Shown piece after piece: positions 14,148 through 25,731 of a DNA stretch of 48,141 nucleotides. The notes beneath the pieces are model-generated. The model searched no databases, was not told the origin of the DNA, and worked only from the letters and a program-made list of their open reading frames with translations. Origin of the DNA: Escherichia virus Lambda_4B5; the sequence record LR595863.1; one strand, 5' to 3'. Each line of letters begins with the position of its first letter. Position 1 is the stretch's first letter. The position numbers and the translations under genes were made by a program.

Positions 14148-14891
14148 ATGACAGAGACAGAATCAGCGATTCTGGCGCACGCCCGGCGATGTGCGCCAGC
14201 GGAGTCGTGCGGCTTCGTGGTGAGAACGCCGGAGGGGGAAAGATATTTTCCCTGCGTGAATATCTCCGGTGAGCCGGAGGATTATTTCCGGATGTCGCCG
14301 GAGGACTGGCTGCAGGCAGAGATGCAGGGTGAGATTGTGGCGCTGGTCCACAGTCATCCCGGTGGTCTGCCCTGGCTGAGTGAGGCCGACCGGCGGCTGC
14401 AGGTGCAGAGTGATTTGCCGTGGTGGCTGGTCTGCCGGGGGGCGATTCACAAGTTCCGCTGTGTGCCGCATCTCACCGGGCGGCGCTTTGAGCACGGGGT
14501 GACGGACTGTTACACGCTGTTCCGGGACGCTTACCATCTGGCGGGGATTGAGATGCCGGATTTTACGCGGGAGGATGACTGGTGGCGTCACGGTCAGAAT
14601 CTCTATCTGGATAATCTGGAGGCAACGGGGCTGTATCAGGTGCCGTTGTCAGCGGCGCAGCCGGGCGATGTGCTGCTGTGCTGCTTTGGTTCATCGGTGC
14701 CGAATCATGCCGCTATTTACTGTGGTGACGGCGAGCTGCTGCACCATATTCCTGAACAACTGAGCAAACGAGAGAGGTATACCGACAAATGGCAGCGACG
14801 CACACACTCCCTCTGGCGTCACCGGGCATGGCACGCATCTGCCTTTACGGGGATTTGCAACGATTTGGCCGCCGCATCGATCTTCGTGTGA
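14148..14891 (+). CDS. K: Tail tip assembly protein K (JAMM/MPN plus NlpC/P60-like)
   Basis: ORF contains an HSHP...S..D JAMM-like motif and a C-terminal region matching lambda gpK; the classical lambda annotation starts about 48 codons later, so the start is uncertain. Confidence 0.85.
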   Translation: MTETESAILAHARRCAPAESCGFVVRTPEGERYFPCVNISGEPEDYFRMSPEDWLQAEMQGEIVALVHSHPGGLPWLSEADRRLQVQSDLPWWLVCRGAIHKFRCVPHLTGRRFEHGVTDCYTLFRDAYHLAGIEMPDFTREDDWWRHGQNLYLDNLEATGLYQVPLSAAQPGDVLLCCFGSSVPNHAAIYCGDGELLHHIPEQLSKRERYTDKWQRRTHSLWRHRAWHASAFTGICNDLAAASIFV

Positions 14892-15460
14892 AAACGGGGG
14901 CTGAAGCTATCCGGGCGCTGGCCACACAGCTCCCGGCGTTTCGTCAGAAACTGAGCGACGGCTGGTATCAGGTACGGATTGCCGGGCGGGACGTCAGCAC
15001 GTCCGGGTTAACGGCGCAGTTACATGAGACTCTGCCTGATGGCGCTGTGATTCATATTGTTCCCAGAGTCGCCGGGGCCAAGTCAGGTGGCGTATTCCAG
15101 GTTGTCCTGGGGGCTGCCGCCATTGCCGGATCATTCTTTACCGCCGGAGCCACCCTTGCAGCATGGGGGGCAGCCATTGGGGCCGGTGGTATGACCGGCA
15201 TCCTGTTTTCTCTCGGTGCCAGTATGGTGCTCGGTGGTGTGGCGCAGATGCTGGCACCGAAAGCCAGAACTCCCCGTACACAGACAACGGATAACGGCAA
15301 ACAGAACACCTATTTCTCCTCACTGGATAACATGGTTGCCCAGGGCAATGTTCTGCCGGTTCTGTACGGTGAAATGCGCGTGGGGTCACGCGTGGTTTCT
15401 CAGGAGATCAGCACGGCAGACGAAGGGGATGGTGGTCAGGTTGTGGTGATTGGTCGCTGA
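14789..15460 (+). CDS. I: Tail tip assembly protein I
   Basis: 223-aa ORF with ubiquitin-like N-terminus and hydrophobic Gly/Ala-rich segment, lambda I position. Confidence 0.9.
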   Translation: MAATHTLPLASPGMARICLYGDLQRFGRRIDLRVKTGAEAIRALATQLPAFRQKLSDGWYQVRIAGRDVSTSGLTAQLHETLPDGAVIHIVPRVAGAKSGGVFQVVLGAAAIAGSFFTAGATLAAWGAAIGAGGMTGILFSLGASMVLGGVAQMLAPKARTPRTQTTDNGKQNTYFSSLDNMVAQGNVLPVLYGEMRVGSRVVSQEISTADEGDGGQVVVIGR

Positions 15461-15520
15461 TGCAAAATGTTTTATGTGAAACCGCCTCCGGGCGGTTTTG
15501 TCGTTTATGGAGCATGACGA

Positions 15521-18500
15521 ATGGGTAAAGGCAGCAGTAAGGGGCATACCCCGCGCGAAGCGAAGGACAACCTGAAGTCCACGCAGCTGCTGAGTGTGAT
15601 CGATGCCATCAGCGAAGGGCCGGTTGAAGGTCCGGTGGATGGATTAAAAAGCGTGCTGCTGAACAGTACGCCGGTGCTGGACAGTGAGGGGAATACCAAT
15701 ATCTTCGGTGTCACGGTGGTGTTCCGGGCAGGTGAGCAGGAGCAGACTCCGCCGGAGGGGTTTGAATCCTCCGGCTCCGAGACGGTGCTGGGTACGGAAG
15801 TGAAATATGACATGCCGATCACCCGCACCATCACGTCGGCAAACATCGACCGTCTGCGCTTTACTTTCGGCGTGCAGGCACTGGTGGAAACTACCTCAAA
15901 GGGGGACAGGAATCCGTCGGAAGTCCGTCTGCTGGTTCAGATACAGCGTAATGGTGGCTGGGTGACGGAAAAAGACATCACCATTAAAGGCAAAACCACC
16001 TCGCAGTATCTGGCCTCGGTGGTGGTGGATAACCTGCCGCCGCGCCCGTTTAATATCCGGATGCGCAGGATGACGCCGGACAGCACCACAGACCAGCTGC
16101 AGAACAAAACGCTCTGGTCGTCATACACCGAAATCATCGATGTGAAACAGGGCTACCCGAACACGGCACTGGTCGGCGTGCAGGTGGACTCGGAACAGTT
16201 CGGCAGTCAGCAGGTGAGCCGTAATTATCATCTTCGCGGGCGCATTCTGCAGGTGCCGTCGAACTATAACCCGCAGACGCGGCAATACAGCGGTATCTGG
16301 GACGGAACGTTAAAACCGGCATACAGCAACAACATGGCCTGGTGTCTGTGGGATATGCTGACCCATCCGCGCTACGGCATGGGAAAACGTCTTGGTGCGG
16401 CGGATGTGGATAAATGGGCGCTGTATGTCATCGGCCAGTACTGCGACCAGTCGGTGCCGGACGGCTTTGGCGGCACGGAGCCGCGCATTACCTGTAATGC
16501 GTACCTGACCACACAGCGCAAGGCGTGGGATGTGCTCAGTGATTTCTGCTCGGCGATGCGCTGTATGCCGGTATGGAACGGGCAGACGCTGACGTTCGTG
16601 CAGGACCGACCATCAGATAAGGTGTGGACCTATAACCGCAGTAATGTGGTGATGCCGGATGATGGCGCGCCGTTCCGCTACAGCTTCAGCGCCCTGAAGG
16701 ACCGCCATAATGCCGTTGAGGTGAACTGGATTGACCCGGATAACGGCTGGGAGACGGCGACAGAGCTCGTGGAGGATACGCAGGCCATTGCCCGTTACGG
16801 TCGTAATGTCACGAAGATGGATGCCTTTGGCTGTACCAGTCGGGGGCAGGCACACCGCGCCGGGCTGTGGCTGATTAAAACGGAACTGCTGGAAACGCAG
16901 ACCGTGGATTTCAGCGTCGGCGCAGAAGGGCTTCGCCATGTACCGGGCGATGTTATTGAAATCTGTGATGATGACTATGCCGGTATCAGCACCGGTGGTC
17001 GTGTGCTGGCGGTGAACAGCCAGACCCGGACGCTGACGCTCGACCGTGAAATCACGCTGCCATCCTCCGGTACCACGCTGATAAGCCTGGTTGACGGAAG
17101 TGGCAATCCGGTCAGCGTGGAGGTTCAGTCCGTCACCGACGGCGTGAAGGTAAAAGTGAGCCGTGTTCCTGACGGTGTTGCTGAATACAGCGTATGGGGG
17201 CTGAAGCTGCCGACGCTGCGCCAGCGCCTGTTCCGCTGTGTGAGTATCCGGGAGAACGATGACGGTACGTATGCCATCACCGCCGTGCAGCATGTACCGG
17301 AAAAAGAAGCCATCGTGGATAACGGGGCGCACTTTGACGGCGACCAGAGCGGCACGGTGAATGGTGTCACGCCGCCAGCGGTGCAGCACCTGACCGCCGA
17401 AGTCACCACAGACAGCGGGGAATATCAGGTGCTGGCGCGATGGGACACGCCGAAGGTGGTGAAGGGCGTGAGCTTCCTGCTTCGCCTTACCGTGGCAGCG
17501 GACGACGGCAGTGAGCGGCTGGTCAGCATGGCCCGGACGACGGAAACCACATACCGCTTCAGGCAACTGGCGCTGGGGAACTACAGGCTGACAGTCCGGG
17601 CGGTAAATGCGTGGGGGCAGCAGGGCGATCCGGCATCGGTATCGTTCCGGATTGCCGCACCGGCAGCGCCGTCGCAGATTGAGCTGACACCGGGGTATTT
17701 TCAGATAACCGCCACGCCCCATCTTGCCGTTTATGATCCGACGGTACAGTTTGAGTTCTGGTTCTCGGAAAAGCGGATTGCGGATATCAGGCAGGTTGAA
17801 ACCACAGCCCGCTATCTTGGCACGGCGCTGTACTGGATAGCTGCCAGTATCAATATCAAACCGGGCCATGATTATTATTTTTACATCCGCAGTGTGAACA
17901 CCGTTGGCAAATCGGCATTTGTGGAGGCTGTTGGCCAGCCGAGTGATGATGCATCCGGCTATCTGGATTTTTTCAAAGGCGAGATAGGGAAAAGCCATCT
18001 GGCTCAGGAGCTGTGGACGCAGATTGATAACGGTCAGCTTGCGCCTGACCTGGCTGAAATCAGGACGTCCATTACGGATGTCAGCAATGAAATCACGCAG
18101 ACCGTCAATAAGAAACTGGAAGACCAGAGTGCGGCAATTCAGCAGATACAGAAGGTTCAGGTTGATACAAATAATAACCTGAACAGCATGTGGGCTGTGA
18201 AGCTGCAGCAGATGCAGGACGGACGCCTTTATATCGCGGGTATTGGTGCCGGTATTGAGAACACCCCTGACGGCATGCAGAGTCAGGTGCTGCTGGCGGC
18301 GGACAGGATTGCGATGATTAATCCTGCGAATGGCAATACAAAGCCGATGTTTGTTGGGCAGGGCGATCAGATATTCATGAACGAAGTGTTCCTGAAATAT
18401 CTGACGGCTCCCACCATTACCAGCGGTGGCAATCCCCCAACGTTTTCACTGACACCTGATGGTCGACTTTCTGCGAGAAATGCGGATATCAGCGGTAACG

Positions 18501-19003
18501 TGAATGCGAACTCCGGGACGCTCAATAATGTCACGATTAACCAGAACTGTCGGATTCTGGGAAAACTGTCAGCTAACCAGATTGAAGGTGATATTGTCAA
18601 AACGGTGGGAAAAGCCTTTCCGAGAAATGGCAGTTATGCCAGCGGTACAATAACGGTCACTGTGTACGATGACCAGGCTTTTGACCGTCAGATAGTCGTC
18701 CCCCCCGTTCTGTTTCGCGGTGGTAAGCATGAAAACTTCAACAGCAACAACCAACAGTCATACTGGTATTCAACCTGTAAGCTGCAGGTGCTGAAGAACG
18801 GACAGGAAATCTTTCAGCAACCCGCGACGGATGTCAGCAGGGTATTTTCATCAGTCATTGATATGCCTGCCGGACACGGCCATGTCACCCTGACTTTCAA
18901 TGTTTCTTCATATGGTGCAAATAACTGGACGCCAACGACCAGTATCAGCGACCTTCTTGTTGTCGTGATGAAGAAATCAACAGCCGGCATCAGTATCAGT
19001 TGA
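15521..19003 (+). CDS. J: Central tail fibre / host-specificity protein J
   Basis: 1160-aa ORF starting [34 protein letters not shown], matches lambda gpJ over most of its length; C-terminal receptor-binding portion diverges from what I remember. Confidence 0.93.
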   Translation: MGKGSSKGHTPREAKDNLKSTQLLSVIDAISEGPVEGPVDGLKSVLLNSTPVLDSEGNTNIFGVTVVFRAGEQEQTPPEGFESSGSETVLGTEVKYDMPITRTITSANIDRLRFTFGVQALVETTSKGDRNPSEVRLLVQIQRNGGWVTEKDITIKGKTTSQYLASVVVDNLPPRPFNIRMRRMTPDSTTDQLQNKTLWSSYTEIIDVKQGYPNTALVGVQVDSEQFGSQQVSRNYHLRGRILQVPSNYNPQTRQYSGIWDGTLKPAYSNNMAWCLWDMLTHPRYGMGKRLGAADVDKWALYVIGQYCDQSVPDGFGGTEPRITCNAYLTTQRKAWDVLSDFCSAMRCMPVWNGQTLTFVQDRPSDKVWTYNRSNVVMPDDGAPFRYSFSALKDRHNAVEVNWIDPDNGWETATELVEDTQAIARYGRNVTKMDAFGCTSRGQAHRAGLWLIKTELLETQTVDFSVGAEGLRHVPGDVIEICDDDYAGISTGGRVLAVNSQTRTLTLDREITLPSSGTTLISLVDGSGNPVSVEVQSVTDGVKVKVSRVPDGVAEYSVWGLKLPTLRQRLFRCVSIRENDDGTYAITAVQHVPEKEAIVDNGAHFDGDQSGTVNGVTPPAVQHLTAEVTTDSGEYQVLARWDTPKVVKGVSFLLRLTVAADDGSERLVSMARTTETTYRFRQLALGNYRLTVRAVNAWGQQGDPASVSFRIAAPAAPSQIELTPGYFQITATPHLAVYDPTVQFEFWFSEKRIADIRQVETTARYLGTALYWIAASINIKPGHDYYFYIRSVNTVGKSAFVEAVGQPSDDASGYLDFFKGEIGKSHLAQELWTQIDNGQLAPDLAEIRTSITDVSNEITQTVNKKLEDQSAAIQQIQKVQVDTNNNLNSMWAVKLQQMQDGRLYIAGIGAGIENTPDGMQSQVLLAADRIAMINPANGNTKPMFVGQGDQIFMNEVFLKYLTAPTITSGGNPPTFSLTPDGRLSARNADISGNVNANSGTLNNVTINQNCRILGKLSANQIEGDIVKTVGKAFPRNGSYASGTITVTVYDDQAFDRQIVVPPVLFRGGKHENFNSNNQQSYWYSTCKLQVLKNGQEIFQQPATDVSRVFSSVIDMPAGHGHVTLTFNVSSYGANNWTPTTSISDLLVVVMKKSTAGISIS

Positions 19004-19024
19004 ATTTTAAAACCCAAATTCGGG

Positions 19025-19038
19025 CACCAGAAATGGTG
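19025..19038. repeat. Target-site duplication, left copy (CACCAGAAATGGTG)
   Basis: Identical 14-nt string abuts both ends of the IS4 copy (also at 20465..20478). Confidence 0.8.
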
Positions 19039-20464
19039 TAATGCCAGTCAGTTAAGCAACTGACTGGCTCTTTTTCGGGGCTGTGGGGTATTTCCAGGGC
19101 CTCTCCTTTACCACTCTCGGGAAGGCCCTTTCCCTTCTTGTCGGTAATTTCACAAGTTGTCCCATACTTGCAAGATCGCGCATCAGCTCCGGTATACGTC
19201 CCGGTGAAGCGCCCTGCAATGTCATCAGCATTCTCATCACCATTCCGCATGATTCTGAGAAACTCAGTTGATTCGGCCAGTAACCTTTCAGATGTTCCGC
19301 CATTTTAATCATCTGATATCTCACCAGATTATAAGCCAGTAAGACACCCCACAGCTCTTGCTCCACAAGCTCCGGCTTTTTACTTCTCAGCGTCAGCCTG
19401 CTCCGTTGCATCGTCTGTTTTATCTCCCTGTATCCCAGTTCGATTTCCCAGCGATGACTGTACAGATCCCCCATTTCTCCTCCGGGGAAGCGCATGGCGT
19501 CCGTCATCGACGTCAGCAGATGGCAGACTTTTCCTTTGCGCGTCACGGTCAGCAGGCGGGCAGTCACTTCATTTCCCAGTCCCGGCCACTTTTTTCGTGC
19601 CTGCGGGCTGGTTTTCAGCTTCACCAGATGATCGCCTTTACCCAGTTTTCTGATCTCTTCATATTGCGCTCCCTTTCTGAGAGGTATCATCCAGTGGCGG
19701 TGTTCTCCCGCCAGGCTCCAGGCATTTAACAGTCCCAGTGAGTAATAACCTTTATCCATTAACGTCAGAGTGTTATCGCCGGTTTGTTCTATAAGTTGCT
19801 CAGCAAGCTCATTTTCGCTGTTCTTCATCGTGCCGAAGGCTGCAGCCGTCAGCAGATGGCTGGTCAGTTCCATCTGGCAGACCATTTTGACCTGCGGGTA
19901 GAGCGCCGGGTTCCCGGCATGTGTCTGGCGGGGGAAGGCTGCATCGTTCTCTGGTGTATCCGGTGTGCGCCAGAACACACCATCGATGGCCAGCAGGGTC
20001 AGGCCGCACCAGTGCGGATGCGGCGTGGCGTTATGCCAGAGCTGCGCTGTTTTCGTGAACACGCGGCGGACAGCCTCACTTCCCAGGCGCTGGCGGGCCT
20101 GAATAACGGCACTGGGGGCAACGAAGGGGCGATTGCCCGGCAGCATGATGTCCAGGCGATTCACAATCTGGTGAAGAGGTTCTTTACGCTCAAGCGCCAT
20201 GCCAACAATACACCAGACCATCATTTCGAGGGGAAGACGGCGCTTGCGTAGCGTTACAGTACCTGATTCGGCAAGGCAACGAGAGATGAGTTCGGGGTCG
20301 AGGTAATCCCCCAGAGAAGTCAGTGGGTTACGCAGAGAATCGTAACGGGATACCAGATCAAGAGCCTGTCCAATGTGCATAAAAAAATCCGGAAACAAGT
20401 GAGCGTTTCCGGATTCTTACACAGCCACTGGATCGGTCAACTGATCCTTAACTGATCGGCATTA
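19039..20464 (-). mobile_element. IS4: IS4 insertion sequence (1426 bp)
   Basis: Imperfect 18-bp terminal inverted repeats (TAATGCCAGTCAGTTAAG at left; complement of CTTAACTGATCGGCATTA at right), single transposase ORF, flanking direct repeat. Confidence 0.9.
19052..20380 (-). CDS. insG: IS4 transposase (DDE family)
   Basis: Translation [40 protein letters not shown]... matches remembered E. coli IS4 transposase; start set at the internal Met of the tool ORF. Confidence 0.88.
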   Translation of the reverse strand: MHIGQALDLVSRYDSLRNPLTSLGDYLDPELISRCLAESGTVTLRKRRLPLEMMVWCIVGMALERKEPLHQIVNRLDIMLPGNRPFVAPSAVIQARQRLGSEAVRRVFTKTAQLWHNATPHPHWCGLTLLAIDGVFWRTPDTPENDAAFPRQTHAGNPALYPQVKMVCQMELTSHLLTAAAFGTMKNSENELAEQLIEQTGDNTLTLMDKGYYSLGLLNAWSLAGEHRHWMIPLRKGAQYEEIRKLGKGDHLVKLKTSPQARKKWPGLGNEVTARLLTVTRKGKVCHLLTSMTDAMRFPGGEMGDLYSHRWEIELGYREIKQTMQRSRLTLRSKKPELVEQELWGVLLAYNLVRYQMIKMAEHLKGYWPNQLSFSESCGMVMRMLMTLQGASPGRIPELMRDLASMGQLVKLPTRRERAFPRVVKERPWKYPTAPKKSQSVA

Positions 20465-20478
20465 CACCAGAAATGGTG
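20465..20478. repeat. Target-site duplication, right copy (CACCAGAAATGGTG)
   Basis: See left copy; followed by GCC TTTTTT completing the disrupted terminator hairpin. Confidence 0.8.
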
Positions 20479-20501
20479 CCTTTTTTATTTGTGGAGTGAA
20501 T

Positions 20502-22523
20502 ATGGCAGTACAGATTTCAGGTGTGCTGAAAGACGGTGCAGGAAAACCGATACAGAACTGCACCATTCAGCTCAAAGCAAAACGTAACAGCACCACAGTT
20601 GTGGTGAACACGGTGGCCTCAGAAAATCCGGATGAAGCCGGACGTTACAGCATGGATGTTGAGTATGGCCAGTACAGCGTCGCCCTGCTGGTTGAAGGTT
20701 TTCCGCCTTCACATGCCGGGACCATCACCGTGTATGAGGATTCTAAGCCGGGGACATTGAATGATTTTCTGGGCGCTGCAACAGAAGATGATGTTTGTCC
20801 GGAGGCACTGTATCGTTTTGAAAAGATGGTGGAAGAGGCGGCACGCAACGCTGAAGCCGCCTCTCAGAGCGCAGCGGCAGCAAAGAAATCAGAAACAGCA
20901 GCGGCATCGTCCAGGAACGCGGCGAAAACATCAGAGACGAATGCAGGTAACAGCGCGAAAGCGGCAGCTTCTTCAAAAACAGCCGCACAAAACGCAGCAA
21001 CAGCGGCAGAACGTTCAGAGACAAATGCCCGTGCGTCAGAAGAAGCCTCCGCAGACAGTGAAGAGGCTTCCCGCCGTAATGCAGAGTCAGCCGCTGAAAA
21101 TGCCGGAGTCGCCACCACAAAAGCGCGGGAGGCCGCAGCAGACGCAACAAAGGCCGGGCAGAAAAAGGATGAGGCTCTGTCGGCAGCGACACGAGCTGAA
21201 AAGGCGGCAGACCGCGCAGAAGCCGCAGCGGAAGTGACTGCAGAGCCCTGTGCGAATATAGTGCCGCCGCTGCCTGATGTGTGGATACCGTTTAACGATT
21301 CACTGGATATGATTACGGGTTTTTCGCCATCTTATAAAAAGATAGTTATTGGTGACGATGAAATAACAATGCCAGGCGACAAGATTGTTAAGTTTAAACG
21401 TGCTTCAACAGCAACGTATATTAATAAGTCCGGCCAACTCAAGCTTGCTGAAGTTGACGAACCGCGATTTGAGCGCGATGGCTTATTGATTGAAGGACAG
21501 AGGACAAATTATCTGAGGAACTCAAATAAACCAGACTCATGGACTGTTCATTCCGCACTGAATAAAACATTTGGCACTGATAAACAGGGGTTCAATTATG
21601 CCACGGTGACACCCACGGAAAGTATAGTGGGAACAACAGGTGGCTATACTGTGCATGGTGTGGTTGCAGCAGACAGATTCCCGCTGGCAAGTGGTGAATG
21701 TTTCACTTTTTCGTGCCGGGTTAAAGGCGCTAAAGCACGATGCAGGTTAAGAGTTTCAGTTATTATTGGTGGAACAGATACCTTCTCTGCTGACTCTTAT
21801 CTTGATCTGGATACCCGGATCGCAACAGTAAGCGGTAATACATCCCTTATAACAGCCAAAGCTGAACAACAGGGCGAGTGGACCTACTATGAGGCCACTT
21901 ATACAGCTAATACGGACATTGATACCGTTAACTGTGCTTTTTATATGACAAATAAAATAAGTAATGAGCCATTCTATGATGACTCAACATTAACCATGAC
22001 GACGCCGCAAATTGAACTGGGCAATACGGCATCGTCATTTATTGTAACTACAATGCCAACAACACGCGCAAGTGATGTAGTTACTATCCCATCGCAGAAT
22101 AACCTGTCAACACGGCCTTTTACGGTATTGTGCGAAGTAAGCAGGAACTGGAGTACACCGCCCAATGTTGCGCCAAGGATATTTGATGTTGGAGGGCACA
22201 GTATTGATGATAATTATTTATCGCTGGGGTTTGTTGCAACAGGAAAGATAAGCGCCAACGTAGGAATGGTTCAGCCACAAATTGCCTCAGATGGAGAAAG
22301 GTTCATTGTGGGTGTGAGAGCTAAATCTGATTTATCAGTAAATGCAATATGCAATGGTAATTATACAACAAACCTTAATGGTAAAATATTTGGAGTTACA
22401 GCAACATCGTACCGGTTTGGTGGGCAGACCGCAGCAGGAACGCGTCATTTGTTTGGACACATCAGAAATTTCAGAGTCTGGTTTAAAGAATTAAATGACA
22501 GGCAAATCAAGGAGGCAGTATGA
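20502..22523 (+). CDS. stf: Side tail fibre protein
   Basis: N-terminus MAVQISGVLKDGAGKPIQNCTIQLKAKRNSTTVVVNTV matches lambda Stf; Ala/Ser-rich repeat shaft; distinct C-terminal domain. Confidence 0.88.
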   Translation: MAVQISGVLKDGAGKPIQNCTIQLKAKRNSTTVVVNTVASENPDEAGRYSMDVEYGQYSVALLVEGFPPSHAGTITVYEDSKPGTLNDFLGAATEDDVCPEALYRFEKMVEEAARNAEAASQSAAAAKKSETAAASSRNAAKTSETNAGNSAKAAASSKTAAQNAATAAERSETNARASEEASADSEEASRRNAESAAENAGVATTKAREAAADATKAGQKKDEALSAATRAEKAADRAEAAAEVTAEPCANIVPPLPDVWIPFNDSLDMITGFSPSYKKIVIGDDEITMPGDKIVKFKRASTATYINKSGQLKLAEVDEPRFERDGLLIEGQRTNYLRNSNKPDSWTVHSALNKTFGTDKQGFNYATVTPTESIVGTTGGYTVHGVVAADRFPLASGECFTFSCRVKGAKARCRLRVSVIIGGTDTFSADSYLDLDTRIATVSGNTSLITAKAEQQGEWTYYEATYTANTDIDTVNCAFYMTNKISNEPFYDDSTLTMTTPQIELGNTASSFIVTTMPTTRASDVVTIPSQNNLSTRPFTVLCEVSRNWSTPPNVAPRIFDVGGHSIDDNYLSLGFVATGKISANVGMVQPQIASDGERFIVGVRAKSDLSVNAICNGNYTTNLNGKIFGVTATSYRFGGQTAAGTRHLFGHIRNFRVWFKELNDRQIKEAV

Positions 22524-22798
22524 AAGATTTAACTTTGAAATTTCCTGGTAACAGAGAGTTTAAATCCTTCCTGTCATCTCTTGACTGGGAGGAGGATGAA
22601 GACCTCCAGAATAAACTGTTAGTCGATGAAATTGGTTTCACCTACACAGAAACAGGGGTAACAGAAGAGGGAGAACCTGTCTGTGTCCGGAATGACGGTT
22701 ATTTTGTCAACATTCGCATTCTTGATGACTTGTTTGATGTTTCTGTATTCTCTGATTATGTCGTGGAGCTGGAAACACCGCTTCGGGAATGGAGCTGA
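22520..22798 (+). CDS. Hypothetical acidic protein coupled to stf (possible fibre chaperone or accessory protein)
   Basis: 92-aa ORF whose ATG overlaps the stf stop (ATGA); no resemblance to lambda Tfa that I can see. Confidence 0.55.
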   Translation: MKDLTLKFPGNREFKSFLSSLDWEEDEDLQNKLLVDEIGFTYTETGVTEEGEPVCVRNDGYFVNIRILDDLFDVSVFSDYVVELETPLREWS

Positions 22799-22810
22799 AA
22801 GGAGGAAATA

Positions 22811-23104
22811 ATGGATATAAGCCCCTTACTTCATGCACTTTGTGCTGTGGCTGCGCAGATACTGGTTGGTCTTTTTACCGGAAACTGGGCTTACGGAGCG
22901 ATAGCCGGTTGTACGTTCTTCATTGCGCGTGAACATACCCAGGCAGAATATCGCTGGATTGAAATGTTCGGGCATGGCAAGCGAATGAATATGCCGTGGT
23001 GGGGCGGTTTTGATCCGCGAGCTTGGGATGTGGCAAGCCTGATGGATTTTGCTGTGCCGGTGGTGGCGTGTCTGCTGGTCTGGCTGTTGGTTAATCGTGG
23101 GTGA
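22811..23104 (+). CDS. Hypothetical small membrane protein
   Basis: 97-aa ORF with GGAAA RBS-like sequence upstream and two hydrophobic segments (N-terminal and C-terminal). Confidence 0.55.
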   Translation: MDISPLLHALCAVAAQILVGLFTGNWAYGAIAGCTFFIAREHTQAEYRWIEMFGHGKRMNMPWWGGFDPRAWDVASLMDFAVPVVACLLVWLLVNRG

Positions 23105-23195
23105 AAAAAGGTGAGCTGTATATGCAACGGAGGAAGAAACCCCGTTGCTGGAAGCCAGGAAAAAGTATCGGGTGTTGCTGTCCTCGGATGTTGTG

Positions 23196-24053
23196 CTAAT
23201 TGGGTGATAACAGATCCTGTGTATGGGAGTTTCCCTTTTTGCGTGCGTTGATGCTGGTAACGGCAAACGTCATGATGAACAAAACCGCGAATAAGACGAC
23301 AATCGTCGGAGCTGGTGCGCTGTCGATAAAAAAGGACAACCAGACACCAGTCATTGACACTATTACCGATATGCCAGTCGCCAGTAGGAGCGCAATATGA
23401 AAGCGTTGTGTCAGGAGTACCGCAATGGCGCCAGGCGCAATGAGCAGAGAAATGGAGAGAATGATACCTACCGCTTTCAGCGTCGCCACAATGGTCAGAG
23501 AGACCATGCACAGCAGCCCATAATGCAGCCATCTCGTATGCAAACCGCTTACCTGCGCCTGTTGATAATCAAAGCTGAACAGCAAAAAATCCCGCCATTT
23601 TACGCTAATAACAAGTGTAACCAGCCCGGCAATAATCATCGTCTGGATTATATCGCCGATGGTTATCCCGAGCATGTCGCCGAAAAGAATATGGTCAAGA
23701 TGTACGTCTGGTTTGACTGCAATATACAAGATCAGACCTGCGGCAAACATGCCAGAAAAAACAATCCCCATCACTGTATCTTGCTTGATTCGGCTGTTGT
23801 CTTTCAGGTATCCCGTCGCCACCGCGCAGAATACTCCGGCGACGAATGCCCCTGTAGCCAAAGGTAACCCCAGAATCCAGGCAAGCACGATGCCAGGAAA
23901 AACCGCATGACTCATCGCGTCACCCATCAGTGCCCAACCTTTCAGGACCAGAAAGACCGACAGCAGCGCACAGGGTATGGAAACTACCAGTGAAATCAGC
24001 AGTGCGTGACTCATAAAGGTGAACTGCAGTGGCTCCAGTAATAATGCCATCAT
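23196..24053 (-). CDS. sitD: Mn/Fe ABC transporter permease
   Basis: 285-aa polytopic membrane protein, last gene of a four-gene metal ABC operon; 4-bp overlap with upstream permease. Confidence 0.85.
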   Translation of the reverse strand: MMALLLEPLQFTFMSHALLISLVVSIPCALLSVFLVLKGWALMGDAMSHAVFPGIVLAWILGLPLATGAFVAGVFCAVATGYLKDNSRIKQDTVMGIVFSGMFAAGLILYIAVKPDVHLDHILFGDMLGITIGDIIQTMIIAGLVTLVISVKWRDFLLFSFDYQQAQVSGLHTRWLHYGLLCMVSLTIVATLKAVGIILSISLLIAPGAIAVLLTQRFHIALLLATGISVIVSMTGVWLSFFIDSAPAPTIVVLFAVLFIMTFAVTSINARKKGNSHTQDLLSPN

Positions 24054-24907
24054 GAGCGATCCTCCAGCGCCTTATGCGCACGCCGACGATTTGCCAAAAG
24101 CCCATGGGTGGGCGCAAAGACAAATGCTAAAAGAAACAGCAGTGTCTGCGCCACCACGATGATTCCACCTGTCGCGCCGTCCAGAAAGTAACTGACCCAC
24201 GCGCCGAGGAAACTGGTTACACTGCCAATAGTTACAGCAATCATGAGCAGGCGGGGAAAACGATCGGTTAACAACCATGCTGTTGCACCGGGAGTCACCA
24301 CCAGACAGATCACCAGAAAGGCACCAACCGTTTGCAGCGCCGCAACGGTCGAAACCGACAGCAGGGTGAAGAAGAGGAGTTTTAATCTGCCCGGATGCAA
24401 TCCAATAGCACGGGCGTGATTCTCGTCGAAAAAGGTCACCATAAGATCTTTCCATTTGAAAAAAAGCACGATGATCGAGAGAATGCCAATGATAGTGAGT
24501 TGCAGGATATCCGCCGGATCGATTGCCAGAATATTGCCCAGGACGATGGTCTGAATGTTCACAGATGTCGGGTTCAATGACACCATAAACAGCCCCAGGC
24601 CAAAAAAGGACGAGAAGATCAGACCGATGATGGCATCTTCTTTTAAGCGGGTGCGTTGGTTAAGAAACAGCATGCTGCCCGCAGCCAGTCCGCCGGAAAA
24701 GAAGGCTCCCAGAGAAAACGGAAGCCCCAGCATATATGCCCCCGCAACACCCGGGACAATAGAGTGCGACAACGCATCGCCAATCAGCGACCAGCCTTTT
24801 AGCATCAGATAGCATGACAGGAAAGCGCAGAGACCGCCGACCATCGCCGAGACCCACATCGCATTGAGCATATATTCATAGCTGAAGGGTTCCAGTAGCA
24901 CGTTCAT
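24050..24907 (-). CDS. sitC: Mn/Fe ABC transporter permease
   Basis: 285-aa polytopic membrane protein of the same family, overlapping neighbours by 4 bp. Confidence 0.85.
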   Translation of the reverse strand: MNVLLEPFSYEYMLNAMWVSAMVGGLCAFLSCYLMLKGWSLIGDALSHSIVPGVAGAYMLGLPFSLGAFFSGGLAAGSMLFLNQRTRLKEDAIIGLIFSSFFGLGLFMVSLNPTSVNIQTIVLGNILAIDPADILQLTIIGILSIIVLFFKWKDLMVTFFDENHARAIGLHPGRLKLLFFTLLSVSTVAALQTVGAFLVICLVVTPGATAWLLTDRFPRLLMIAVTIGSVTSFLGAWVSYFLDGATGGIIVVAQTLLFLLAFVFAPTHGLLANRRRAHKALEDRS

Positions 24908-25731
24908 CTTTCTTCCCTCTGCACCGCTGACGGTCGATGAGCCACAAAAGGGCGTTCATCGTCAGTAATAATGCTTTCTTCCGAGCCGTTAAGTGTGACA
25001 TGGCGCAGTACGCCGCTAAAAGCCAGCTCTAGGTTCTCGGCTGTAAAAGTGGTGTCTGTCGGCCCGCTTGCCAGGACGGTGCCTTTGACCATGACCGTAT
25101 AATCGCAAAATGTCGTGACGGATCCGAGATTGTGTGTTGAGACAAGCATCGTTTTGCCTTCCGCGCGTAACTCCCTCAACAGGCTGATGATTTTGGCTTC
25201 GGTTTTCACATCAACGCCAGTAAAAGGTTCATCCAGCAGGATCACATCACCCTGCTGTGCAATCGCTCTCGCCAGAAAGACGCGTTTCTTTTGTCCACCG
25301 GAAAGCTCGCCGATTTGTCGATGGCGAAAATTCACCATATCGACACGTTCCAGCGCATCGGTGACAATTTGACGATCCCTCTTTTTGGCGATACGCAACA
25401 TACCCATATGCCCATAGCGGCCCATCATCACCACATCTTCCACCAGTACAGGAAATGACCAGTCAACATCTTCTGACTGAGGGACGTAGGCAACCAGGTT
25501 TTTCTGTAACGCCTGTCGCGTGGGAATACCCAGAACAGATATCTTTCCGCTGGTCAGACGCACAAATCCCATAATCGCTTTAAACAACGTCGATTTTCCG
25601 GAACCGTTTACCCCAACCAGAGCGGCAATAGATCCACTTGGTACTGTGAAGGATGCATCGCGCAGTGCTGTGTGCCCGTTACGCCAGGTGACAGTAACAT
25701 CATTAACGACAATGCCTGCAGATTGCATCAT
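24904..25731 (-). CDS. sitB: Mn/Fe ABC transporter ATP-binding protein
   Basis: Walker [13 protein letters not shown] signature LSGGQKKR, Walker B ILLDEP. Confidence 0.9.
   Translation of the reverse strand: MMQSAGIVVNDVTVTWRNGHTALRDASFTVPSGSIAALVGVNGSGKSTLFKAIMGFVRLTSGKISVLGIPTRQALQKNLVAYVPQSEDVDWSFPVLVEDVVMMGRYGHMGMLRIAKKRDRQIVTDALERVDMVNFRHRQIGELSGGQKKRVFLARAIAQQGDVILLDEPFTGVDVKTEAKIISLLRELRAEGKTMLVSTHNLGSVTTFCDYTVMVKGTVLASGPTDTTFTAENLELAFSGVLRHVTLNGSEESIITDDERPFVAHRPSAVQREER

Noticed and set aside
16613-17998. 461-aa ORF on the - strand
   Set aside because: Lies entirely inside J on the opposite strand; Arg/Pro-rich shadow frame of a GC-rich gene, with no start context
19042-19067. Inverted repeat GCCAGTCAGTT / AACTGACTGGC at the IS4 left end
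   Set aside because: Part of the IS4 terminal structure itself and not an independent regulatory hairpin
20743-21237. ORFs of 149 to 158 aa rich in Arg/Gln/Leu on both strands
   Set aside because: Alternative frames of the Ala/Ser-rich repeat region of stf
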